DNA from: Paracoccaceae bacterium
GTDB lineage: Bacteria > Pseudomonadota > Alphaproteobacteria > Rhodobacterales > Rhodobacteraceae
Reading direction: 5' to 3'
Assembly: GCA_046757205.1 (NCBI GenBank)
Contig: JBHHXR010000001.1
Span: forward strand, 1 to 43,032
Length of the DNA stretch: 43,032 bases
The notes under the pieces are model-generated. The model ran no database searches. It was not told the origin of the DNA and saw only the letters and a program-made list of their open reading frames with translations. Positions 34,264-41,680 of this stretch are shown one piece after another. Within the stretch, counting starts at the first letter, position 1. Each line of letters begins with the position of its first letter. The translations under genes were made by a program, and so were the position numbers.

Positions 34264-34991
34264 GCTAGTGACTATCTGTTTTGTCCGAGTTTACCTATTA
34301 GCATGGCCTCGATGGGAGCAAGTGCGTCCTGAAACTCCTTGTTGAATTCATCATCTTCAGACCAATTGTCGTAGAGTATATCCCTTTTCTTGCGTGCAAT
34401 CCTTTCGTAGTCCTCTTTCATGCCGTCGCTGGCGTCAGGGTCGATCAGCCGGAGGTGATTTTGGACTACCATGAGTAATTCGGTCTGTAGCTTGTGAATT
34501 CGATGAAATAAGTCTCTTACGTCCGGACCCCAGATCGCTTCTGCCTCTAAGAAATCTGAATACAAATTTGCGCGAACGTCTTGAGCTTTTTTCCAACGAT
34601 TTTCGTAGGCTGTTGTTATTCCATAATATCGGATTTGGTCAGCATTCATCCCTTCGGCTTCATTTTCGGGCGGTTTCGGCATTTCATTGCTGAACATCGC
34701 GGGATTCCGCACGCCCTTTATTGCATCCCGATATTTGTAAAGGTTAACGAGCAAACGGCGTGCAAGTTCCCTGTCGGAGTGCCATCGCGTTTGTGATTTC
34801 CATGTGCTCAGTCCGATTCCTGCGATGATAGCGCCGGCAGCGGCGCTCAAGGCAATGACTCCATTGGCCAAAGCTGAAACCCAGTCCGCGAAAGTCACCA
34901 ACAGGTCCTTTCAATGCTGATTATTAGTCAGTGAGTATACATCGCGCGCTTGTGCAAGACCATCGAATGCGACGATACAGCATGGTCGTAA
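34264..34991. mobile_element. 728-bp low-GC insert carrying one gene with its own putative promoter, bracketed by the 149-bp direct repeats; no recombinase present
   Basis: Base composition drops sharply at both repeat boundaries. There are no terminal inverted repeats. A TATACT -10-like hexamer lies on the minus strand at 34934-34939. Confidence 0.6.
34272..34898 (-). CDS. Orphan membrane-anchored protein (N-terminal hydrophobic segment of about 30 aa plus a charged helical domain), unknown function
   Basis: The ORF is about 208 aa. GTG 34898 lies 7 nt after AAAGGA (TTG 34901 is the alternative). The N-terminus is VTFADWVSALANGVIALSAAAGAIIAGIGLSTW. AT-rich codon usage is unlike the flanking genes. 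Confidence 0.7.
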   Translation of the reverse strand: MTFADWVSALANGVIALSAAAGAIIAGIGLSTWKSQTRWHSDRELARRLLVNLYKYRDAIKGVRNPAMFSNEMPKPPENEAEGMNADQIRYYGITTAYENRWKKAQDVRANLYSDFLEAEAIWGPDVRDLFHRIHKLQTELLMVVQNHLRLIDPDASDGMKEDYERIARKKRDILYDNWSEDDEFNKEFQDALAPIEAMLIGKLGQNR

Positions 34992-35134
34992 CCTACATGG
35001 TGGTGACCTCGAGCGAGCAGGTGCGGGCGCTGGCGCGGATATTCGACAACCTGGTGCGCCAGGCGGTGGTCGGGCCGGACCTGGTGCACGAATGGCTGTC
35101 GGAACGGGCGCGGGAGGTTGCGCCGGGGCGCTGA
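34992..35134 (+). pseudogene. Detached duplicate of the XRE regulator 3' end (47 codons plus stop), non-functional fragment
   Basis: It translates to YMVVTSSEQVRALARIFDNLVRQAVVGPDLVHEWLSERAREVAPGR, identical to the end of 33409-34257. It lacks the N-terminal 236 aa. Confidence 0.8.
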
Positions 35135-35140
35135 GGGTAC
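34992..35140. repeat. Direct repeat copy 2 (149 bp)
   Basis: It is identical to 34115-34263. It is followed by native-looking high-GC flank and a terminator-like hairpin. Confidence 0.97.
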
Positions 35141-35155
35141 ACCGGCCAAAGGCAA

Positions 35156-35178
35156 CGCCCGGCCGCAGGGGCCGGGCG
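35156..35178. terminator. GC-rich hairpin (9-bp stem, 5-nt loop) between the XRE 3' duplicate and the convergent Tat-signal gene
   Basis: The sequence is CGCCCGGCC-GCAGG-GGCCGGGCG. It is probably the original terminator of the XRE gene. There is no strong T-tract. Confidence 0.35.
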
Positions 35179-35230
35179 CGCGGATTTCACGATACCGGCC
35201 GCCAGTTGGCGACGCGGTCGCGGCTCAGCC

Positions 35231-35716
35231 TCACGGAAGTGTCACGCCGCCGTCCGCCGGGGGTGGTCCGCCGCCGGGGCCGCCAGGCGGCAACCCGCCG
35301 CCACCGCCACCGCCGCCGCCCGGAGGCGTCGTGCCGCCGTCGGATGGGGGTGTTCCGCCGCCACCGCCGTCCGGAAGGCCGCCGTCTCCGGAGCCGCTCG
35401 GCCCCGAACTGCTCGGCCCCGAACTGCTCGGCCCGGAACCGCTCGGCCCCGAACCGCTCGGAGCGCTGGCGCTCGGCCCGGAACTGCTCGGCCCGGAACC
35501 GCTGGGGGCGCTGGCGCTCGGCCCGGAACTGCTCGGGCCTGAACTGCTGGGGGCGCTGGACCGGCTGGCGTCGTCGCCGCTGCTGGCACGTGCGATGCTG
35601 AGCGTGGTCATCGCCGGGGCGATGTAGATCACGCCGCCGGCCAGGGCGGTGCGGGTCAGCAGCTTGCGGCGGCTGATGGGCGCCGTGTCGGGGGTCTTGT
35701 TTTTTCTGGGTTTCAT
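35231..35716 (-). CDS. Tat-signal secreted low-complexity Ser/Gly/Pro-rich repeat protein
   Basis: GAGGA lies 7 nt upstream of the ATG. The twin-arginine leader is ISRRKLLTRTALAGGVIYIAPAMTTLSIARA. The mature part consists only of S/G/P/A/D/T residues. Confidence 0.6.
   Translation of the reverse strand: MKPRKNKTPDTAPISRRKLLTRTALAGGVIYIAPAMTTLSIARASSGDDASRSSAPSSSGPSSSGPSASAPSGSGPSSSGPSASAPSGSGPSGSGPSSSGPSSSGPSGSGDGGLPDGGGGGTPPSDGGTTPPGGGGGGGGGLPPGGPGGGPPPADGGVTLP
35396..35560. repeat. Eleven tandem in-frame 15-bp units (consensus GCTCGGCCCSGAACY, with variant GCTSGGRGCGCTGGM)
   Basis: Units were counted directly: 35396-35410, 35411-35425, and so on to 35546-35560. A higher-order 45-bp periodicity is visible. 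On the minus strand they encode SGPSS/SGPSG/SAPSG pentapeptides. Confidence 0.95.
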
Positions 35717-35877
35717 GTCTGAGTCCTCAACTGAAGTATTCAGTAAGCAACCCCCACACGGGGGCCAGACTACGCCACGCTTCCTGACGATTCGCGGACA
35801 CCGGCTGTCAGCGAAATGTCAGTTGCGTGGTTTCCGCACGCCCGCCCGCCCGGCCCGGTTCGCCGGCTGGGGCGGGG

Positions 35878-35893
35878 TGCACACGCGTGTGCA
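35878..35893. promoter_or_regulatory. Perfect 16-bp palindrome TGCACACGCGTGTGCA in a 640-bp non-coding spacer
   Basis: It is exactly self-complementary and is followed 17 nt later by a T7 run in an AT-rich patch. It could be an operator or an RNA hairpin; the role is unknown. Confidence 0.3.
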
Positions 35894-36258
35894 TACGGGT
35901 AACCGCTTGATTTTTTTGAATTATCGAAGCAGACATCGCCAGAAAGTATCGGCCTTGACCCACCTGCGAAACCGTCATGCCACTCGTCAGTCAAGAAGGT
36001 TAAGTGAACAGATGATTGCCCGCTGGGCGGCGCTCGGAACTCTTCGGGTCAAGGCGGCTCTCCTGTCGTTTGCAACCTTGAGTCGCAGATCATCCCGTTT
36101 GTGGATCCTGAACGTCAACAGCCCCTGGCCGAATACCGGTTTCTCTTCGCCGTTTCCGGGCGGTAGGGTAGGGATGTGCTGGCCCGGATGCCGAGGCCGG
36201 TTTCCCTGTGGTGCAGGGTCGGTGATTCACCCACCAACGCGGCGGCAAGAAACATGGT

Positions 36259-36285
36259 GGGCAGATTGCCCGCCCTACGCTTGCT
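36259..36285. repeat. 27-bp direct repeat, copy A (GGGCAGATTGCCCGCCCTACGCTTGCT), contains hairpin GGGCA-GAT-TGCCC
   Basis: It matches 37412-37438 at 25 of 27 positions and lies 76 nt upstream of the PD40 gene start. Confidence 0.8.
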
Positions 36286-36360
36286 TTTTCAGCAGTCCGT
36301 TGGGACGCCTTCCACGGTGCGCTTACGTTGCCGAACAGTAAACCAAATGGGAAATGTCGG

Positions 36361-37335
36361 ATGACAAAAAGGAGACGGATATTCCATGTCAGCCTTGCGG
36401 GGCTTCTGCTCGTCGTGGCTGGCAGTGGAGCGATATCGCAAGAAATCTTCATATCCTCGCCGGCAACCATTTATCGCGATGACGGGGCGCGGCAGCTGAA
36501 CATAAACCTGCCGGGCAGTTTACAGAACCCGGCGTTTTCTCCCGATGGCAATTCAATCGTTTTCACGCGATTTCGTGCCGGCTACAACTTGGGCATATCG
36601 GACATTTTTGCTCTGGACCTGAATACAGAAACAGTGACGAGTCTGGTGTCTGACGGTAGCATTAATGTAAATTCGCCGGGATCGTCCTGGAACGGCAAAA
36701 CTGGTTCCATTGTTTATTCTTCAGATCAAGGTAGACATGATGAAATTTACACCATTACGAAAACTGATAATACATGGCGAATAATGCAGATTACCGATCG
36801 GGTAGAGAGACAATCGTATGAACCAAGTTTTTCGCCAAACGGAAATTGGATAGTATTCGAGTCGCATTATATAGATGTAGAAGGAAACGGTGTTATTACG
36901 AAATACCGCGTGGATGGAAGTACAGATTACATTGATCTTACCGCGCTGGCCGAGGACAACAGGCAACCGAATTGGTCGCCGGATGGCCGCAGAATTCTGT
37001 ACCAAACCTTCAGGAACGGAAACTGGTCGATCTTTACCATGGACACAAACGGTAACAACAAAAGGTCCGTGACCAGTGTCGCAGAAAGCGCAACTGACGC
37101 CGTGTTTTCCCATGATGGTCGGTGGATCGTGTACAGTTCGGAAAACGCCGAAGTGGACAATGCCAACATTTACAAGGTTGCGTCCGATGGTGGCGCACCC
37201 ATCCGGGTCACGCGATTTGGCGGCTACGACGGCGCGCCATCGATCTCGCGTGACGGCACGAAGATTGTATTCGAGTCGTCGACCGGCGATCCCGACGGAT
37301 CGGCTGGGACAAGGATTTGGATTATCGACAACTGA
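36361..37335 (+). CDS. Secreted PD40/TolB-like beta-propeller repeat protein
   Basis: Signal peptide MTKRRRIFHVSLAGLLLVVAGSGAISQE. Repeated PD40 motifs are present (FSPDGNSIVF, FSPNGNWIVF, WSPDGRRILY, FSHDGRWIVY, ISRDGTKIVF). GC content is visibly lower than in the flanks. Confidence 0.85.
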   Translation: MTKRRRIFHVSLAGLLLVVAGSGAISQEIFISSPATIYRDDGARQLNINLPGSLQNPAFSPDGNSIVFTRFRAGYNLGISDIFALDLNTETVTSLVSDGSINVNSPGSSWNGKTGSIVYSSDQGRHDEIYTITKTDNTWRIMQITDRVERQSYEPSFSPNGNWIVFESHYIDVEGNGVITKYRVDGSTDYIDLTALAEDNRQPNWSPDGRRILYQTFRNGNWSIFTMDTNGNNKRSVTSVAESATDAVFSHDGRWIVYSSENAEVDNANIYKVASDGGAPIRVTRFGGYDGAPSISRDGTKIVFESSTGDPDGSAGTRIWIIDN

Positions 37336-37411
37336 ACGGGTCGCGACACCCAAACCGAGCAGGACACCGGCCAACGGGTTGAATCCAGCATTTGGAACCC
37401 TCTGTTTCGCG

Positions 37412-37438
37412 GGGCAGATTGCCCGCCCACCGCTTGCT
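37412..37438. repeat. 27-bp direct repeat, copy B (GGGCAGATTGCCCGCCCACCGCTTGCT)
   Basis: It lies 77 nt downstream of the PD40 stop. It is embedded between the inverted arms CCCTCTGTT (37398-37406) and AACAGAGGG (37478-37486). Confidence 0.8.
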
Positions 37439-37622
37439 GCCGCTGACAAATGGCACGGCCCCGGCACGCGTTCGAAACGAACAGAGGGCGGCGCCCGTCC
37501 GTCGGTGGGTGCAAGAGCGCCCTCCCGCGGGGATGGTCGGGCGCTGCCCGGGACGCCGTCCCGGGCGGGTTGGCTGGTTGGGGCGGAGCACTGACCTGAC
37601 CTGGCCGGCTGCCTTGGCGCGG

Positions 37623-39884
37623 TCAGTCCTGAACCAACCCCGCCTCCTTCAAATACTCTTCCAGCGCCGGCCGCACCGACTGTTCGCCGGACTTGCGTGC
37701 CCGGTTGATCACGGCGCGGGCCTCGCCGAGATCGACGCCGCGCAGAAGCTGCTTGACCGGGCCGATGGAGGCGGGGCGCATGGACAGCGTGCGCACGCCC
37801 ATGGCGACGAAGGCCAGCGCCTCGACCGGGCGGCCGGCGTCCTCGCCGCAGAACGAGACCGGCTTGCCGTGGCCGTTGCAGCGCGCCACGATCTGCTCGA
37901 TGAAGCTGAGGAAGCTGACATTGAGCGTGTCGTAGCGGCGGCGCACCATTTCGTTCTCGCGGTCGGCGGCGAAGAAGAACTGCTTCAGGTCGTTGCCGCC
38001 GACGGAGATGAAATCGGCAAGCTGGAAGAAGCGGTCCGGCGCGAAGGCGAGGCTGGGGGTTTCCAGCATGGCGCCGATCTCCAGCTTCGAGGGCACGGCG
38101 TGGCCGAGGCTCTTTTCCCTTTCGACCTCTTCCAGCAGCCGTTCGCGGGCCAGCCGGAATTCGTCGAACTGGGCGATGAAGGGAAACATGATGCGCAGCG
38201 GGCGGCCCTTGGCGCCGCGCAGGAGCGCCTGGATCTGCATGCGCATCACCCCGGCGCGGTCGAGCCCGATGCGGATGGCGCGCCAGCCCAGCGCCGGGTT
38301 CGGCTCCTCGATGCGGCGCATGTTGGGCAGCACCTTGTCGGAACCGATGTCGAGCGTGCGGAAGATCACCGGCTTGCCGCGCGCGGCGTCCATCACCCTG
38401 CCGTAGAGCTCTGCCTGGGCGGTGCGCTTGGGCATCGCGGCGCGCAGCATGAACTGCAGCTCGGTGCGGTAGAGGCCGACCCCGTCGGCGCCGGATTCGT
38501 TCAGCGACGGCAGATCCGCCATCAGCCCGGCGTTCATCATCAGCGCCACCGACACGCCGTCCTTGGTGCGCGCCGGCTTGTCGCGCAGCGCCGAATAGAC
38601 CTTCTGGGCCTCCGCCAGCATGGCGATCTTTTCACGGAACGCCGCGGCCACCGAATCTTCCGGGCGCAGGTGCACGATACCCTGGTCGCCATCGACCAGG
38701 ATGGTGTCGCCGTTCATCGCCTCGCGGGTGATCCGCTCGGCCTGGATCACCAGCGGGATGCCGAGCGCGCGGGCGACGATGGCGGCGTGGCTCCCGACCG
38801 AGCCCTCTTCGAGCACCACGCCCTTCAGGTGCTTGCCGTAGTCGAGCAATTCGCCGGGGCCGATGTTGCGCGCCACCAGCACGGCATTTTCGGGCAGTTC
38901 CTTGCGATTCGGCCCGAACTGCCCGCTCAGCAGCCGCAGAAGCCGGTTGGAAAGGTCGTCGAGGTCGTGCAGCCGCTCGCGGATGTAGGGGTCGGCGACG
39001 CGCGCCATGCGCGCGCGTGTTGCCGACTGTTCCTTCTCGACCGCGACCTCTGCCGCCAGACCGCTTTCGACGCCGCTTTCCAGCCGGCTGAGCCAGCCCT
39101 TGTCGTGGGCGAACATGCGGTAGGCCTGCAGCACGTCGTGATGATCGCCGGTCGGGGCGAGGTGGTTGGTATCGATCATCTCGTCGATTTCCAGCCGCAG
39201 GTTGGCCATCGCCGCATGCAGCCGCGCGCGCTCCTTCGCGGGGTCGTCGGCCACCGGGTTGGCGATCGTGATGTTCGGTTCGTGCAGGTAGGCGATGCCC
39301 TCTGCCGCGCCTTCCTGGCCGACCACGCCACGGGCGAGGAACGAGCGGGTGTGCGGTCTGGCGGCGGCCAGCGGGCCGGGGCCGGTGAAGGCGCCGAGCT
39401 CGGCCATCTCGGCGATCACCATCGCCACCACCTCGAGCCCGTAGACCTCGTCCTCGTTGTAGTGGCGCGCCACCTTGTTCTGCACCACCAGTACGCCCAT
39501 CACCTCGCCAAGGCGCTGGATCGGCACGCCGAGAAACGACGAGTACCGCTCTTCGCTGGTCTCCGGCATGTAGCGGAAGCCCGGCATCGACGGTGCGTCG
39601 GCGGCGTTTATCGGCTCGGCCTTCTCGGCGATCCGGCCGACGAGGCCTTCACCGACGCGCAGCCGCGTGCGGTGCACGGCTTCGGGGTTGAGGCCCTCGG
39701 TAGCAAAAAGTTCCAGCGTGTTCTCGTCGCGGCGCAGATAGATCGAGCAGACCTCGGCGACCATCGACGACGCGATCAGCTTGGTGATACGGTTGAGCCG
39801 CTCCTGCCCTTCGCCAGCCTCGGCGAGGGTCTTGCGAAGCCGTCTCAGAAGAACCCGGGACTCCACGCCCTGTTTGTTTGACAT
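37623..39884 (-). CDS. ptsP: Phosphoenolpyruvate-protein phosphotransferase EI-Ntr (GAF domain plus PTS enzyme I)
   Basis: An N-terminal GAF region (MVAEVCSIYLRRDENTLELFATEGL...GEGLVGRI) is followed by EI domains (GSHAAIVARALGIPLV, GVGLYRTELQFM, FFSIGSNDL-like GGNDLKQF). Confidence 0.93.
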   Translation of the reverse strand: MSNKQGVESRVLLRRLRKTLAEAGEGQERLNRITKLIASSMVAEVCSIYLRRDENTLELFATEGLNPEAVHRTRLRVGEGLVGRIAEKAEPINAADAPSMPGFRYMPETSEERYSSFLGVPIQRLGEVMGVLVVQNKVARHYNEDEVYGLEVVAMVIAEMAELGAFTGPGPLAAARPHTRSFLARGVVGQEGAAEGIAYLHEPNITIANPVADDPAKERARLHAAMANLRLEIDEMIDTNHLAPTGDHHDVLQAYRMFAHDKGWLSRLESGVESGLAAEVAVEKEQSATRARMARVADPYIRERLHDLDDLSNRLLRLLSGQFGPNRKELPENAVLVARNIGPGELLDYGKHLKGVVLEEGSVGSHAAIVARALGIPLVIQAERITREAMNGDTILVDGDQGIVHLRPEDSVAAAFREKIAMLAEAQKVYSALRDKPARTKDGVSVALMMNAGLMADLPSLNESGADGVGLYRTELQFMLRAAMPKRTAQAELYGRVMDAARGKPVIFRTLDIGSDKVLPNMRRIEEPNPALGWRAIRIGLDRAGVMRMQIQALLRGAKGRPLRIMFPFIAQFDEFRLARERLLEEVEREKSLGHAVPSKLEIGAMLETPSLAFAPDRFFQLADFISVGGNDLKQFFFAADRENEMVRRRYDTLNVSFLSFIEQIVARCNGHGKPVSFCGEDAGRPVEALAFVAMGVRTLSMRPASIGPVKQLLRGVDLGEARAVINRARKSGEQSVRPALEEYLKEAGLVQD

Positions 39885-39902
39885 CGCGATAACCGGCCGG
39901 CG

Positions 39903-41129
39903 TCAGGCCGCTTTTTCCAGTTCGAATGCATCGTGAAGCGCCTGCACGGCAAGCTCCAGGTACTTGCGGTCTATCAGCACCGAGACCTTTATTTCCGAGG
40001 TCGTGATCACCTTGATGTTGACGCCCTCGGCGGCCAGCGCGGCGAACATCTTCTGCGCCACGCCGGTATGCGAGCGCATGCCGATGCCGACCACCGAAAC
40101 CTTCGCCGAGTCGGTATCGGTGATCAGTTCGCGGAAATTGATGGCACCGGAGATCTTGGCATCTTCCACCGCCTTGCTGGCGCGCTCCACGTCGTCGACC
40201 GGGCAGGTGAAGGTCATGTCCGTCCGGCCGTCCTCGGAAATGTTCTGGACGATCATGTCGACGTTTATCCCGGCCTCCGCCAGGGGGCCGAACACGGCGG
40301 CGGCGATGCCGGGGCGGTCGGCCACCGAGACGAGCGTCAGTTTCGCCTCGTCGCGGGAATAGGCGACACCGCTGACAACGTTCATTTCCATGATTTCATC
40401 CTCATCGCACACCAAGGTTCCGGCCGTGTCTTCGAAACTGGACAGGACCTGAAGCGGCACACTGTAACGCATCGCCAGCTCGACCGATCTCGTCTGCAGT
40501 ACTTTCGCACCCAACGAGGCGAGTTCCAACATCTCTTCGTACGCGATGCGCTCCAGCTTGCGGGCTTTCGGGCAGATCCGCGGATCGGAGGTGTAGATGC
40601 CGTCGACATCGGTGTAAATGTCGCAGCGCTCCGCGCCCAGCGCCGCCGCGAAGGCAACCGCCGTGGTGTCGGACCCGCCGCGGCCCAGCGTGGTGATGCG
40701 GTTTTCCGAACTCAGCCCCTGAAACCCGGCGATCACCGCGTGAAGTCCCTGATCGAATTTTTCCTCCAGCGCATCGGTTTCGATTTCAAGGATACGCGCC
40801 GCGCCGTGGATGGAAGTGGTGCGCACGGGAACCTGCCAGCCCTGCCAGCTTCGCGCCGGGACGCCGAATTCCTGCAAGGTGAGGGCCATCAGGCCGGCCG
40901 TCACGTTTTCGCCGCTGGCGACCACCGCGTCGTATTCGCGGGCGTCGTAGAACGGCGTCGCGTCGCGGACCCAGCCGACGAGTTCGTTGGTCTTGCCCGA
41001 CATGGCCGACACGATGACGGCGACGTCGTAACCTTTTTCGACCTCGCGGCGGACATTTTCGGCAGCGGCGCGGATGCGTTCCAGGTCCGCAACCGAGGTG
41101 CCGCCGAATTTCATAACCAGACGAGGCAT
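39903..41129 (-). CDS. lysC: Aspartate kinase
   Basis: Contains MPRLVMKFGGTSVADLERI...VVSAMSGKTNELV and C-terminal ACT domains. 408 aa. Confidence 0.95.
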   Translation of the reverse strand: MPRLVMKFGGTSVADLERIRAAAENVRREVEKGYDVAVIVSAMSGKTNELVGWVRDATPFYDAREYDAVVASGENVTAGLMALTLQEFGVPARSWQGWQVPVRTTSIHGAARILEIETDALEEKFDQGLHAVIAGFQGLSSENRITTLGRGGSDTTAVAFAAALGAERCDIYTDVDGIYTSDPRICPKARKLERIAYEEMLELASLGAKVLQTRSVELAMRYSVPLQVLSSFEDTAGTLVCDEDEIMEMNVVSGVAYSRDEAKLTLVSVADRPGIAAAVFGPLAEAGINVDMIVQNISEDGRTDMTFTCPVDDVERASKAVEDAKISGAINFRELITDTDSAKVSVVGIGMRSHTGVAQKMFAALAAEGVNIKVITTSEIKVSVLIDRKYLELAVQALHDAFELEKAA

Positions 41130-41251
41130 GTACCGGGATTTCCAAGACCAGCGGCGGGAGTGCCGCGCCTCTCATACAGAGGCGATCCTTCCGCCGCAAG
41201 GGAACCCGCCGCGACGACGTCGGTGACGGCGGCGGAAACCCGGGTTTCAGA

Positions 41252-41680
41252 TCAGTTGCAACGGCGGGACGACCAGGGCAGCGGCGCCACCGGAACGCCT
41301 TCCTCGATCAGCGCCTTGGCCTCTTCGATCCTGGCTTCTCCGTAGATCGAGCGTTTCGGCGCCAGTCCCTCGTGAATGGCGCGCGCCTCTTCGGCGAATC
41401 TGCGGCCGACGTTTTCGGAATGCGCCTCGATCTTGCGCCGGATCTCCGCCAGGGCCTGTTCGGCCGGCGAGGCCGGGCCGCGCAGGGACGGCGGGCTTTC
41501 GTCTTCCGGTTGCCCGCCGGTCAGCACGCGGGGAGCCATGATCGCCTTCTGGATGTCAGTATCGCCGCACACGGCGCAGCACACCGACCCCGCCCCGACA
41601 AGCTTTTCGAAGGCTTCGCCGGAGGCGAACCAACTGTCGAAACTGTGCCCTATTGAGCATTTCAGCGAGTAGCGGATCAT
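41252..41680 (-). CDS. DUF1178-family zinc-ribbon-like protein
   Basis: Contains MIRYSLKCSIGHSFDSWFASGEAFEKL...CAVCGDTDIQKAIMAP, which is typical of DUF1178. ATG is at 41680. Confidence 0.8.
   Translation of the reverse strand: MIRYSLKCSIGHSFDSWFASGEAFEKLVGAGSVCCAVCGDTDIQKAIMAPRVLTGGQPEDESPPSLRGPASPAEQALAEIRRKIEAHSENVGRRFAEEARAIHEGLAPKRSIYGEARIEEAKALIEEGVPVAPLPWSSRRCN

Noticed and set aside
34266-34936. TAGTGA/TAGTCA hexamers at the left junction (34266) and in the cassette promoter (34924) resemble the XRE-region operator repeats. This hints that the regulator controls the cassette.
   Set aside because: Two hits to a degenerate 6-mer in about 730 bp of AT-rich DNA are expected by chance. 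There is no phasing or extended match.
34931-35134. A 67-aa ORF listed as a possible gene.
   Set aside because: Its C-terminal 47 aa are the duplicated tail of the XRE regulator. The N-terminal 20 aa come from read-through of insert DNA. It is a by-product of the duplication, not an independent gene.
35396-35560. Whether the regularly spaced short repeats could be a CRISPR array.
   Set aside because: The units are contiguous 15-mers with no unique spacers, are in frame inside an ORF, and no cas genes are present. This is a coding minisatellite.
35092-35627. Plus-strand ORFs (169 aa each) and minus-strand ORF 35242-35589 across the tandem-repeat region, including a poly-Pro/Gly translation.
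   Set aside because: The repeat composition keeps several frames open. Only the minus-strand frame 35231-35716 has an SD plus ATG and a coherent Tat signal peptide.
35649-36341. A 230-aa plus-strand ORF filling the spacer between the Tat-signal gene and the PD40 gene.
   Set aside because: Its translation is Arg/Ser/Cys/Trp-rich with no motifs. It overlaps the Tat gene start in antisense and has no SD. It is treated as non-coding.
34264-37438. Integron-like gene cassettes, with the repeats acting as attC sites.
   Set aside because: No intI gene or attI site is present, and the cassettes are in opposite orientations. The 149-bp repeat is host coding sequence, not an imperfect palindrome. I did not see RYYYAAC/GTTRRRY core sites at the boundaries.
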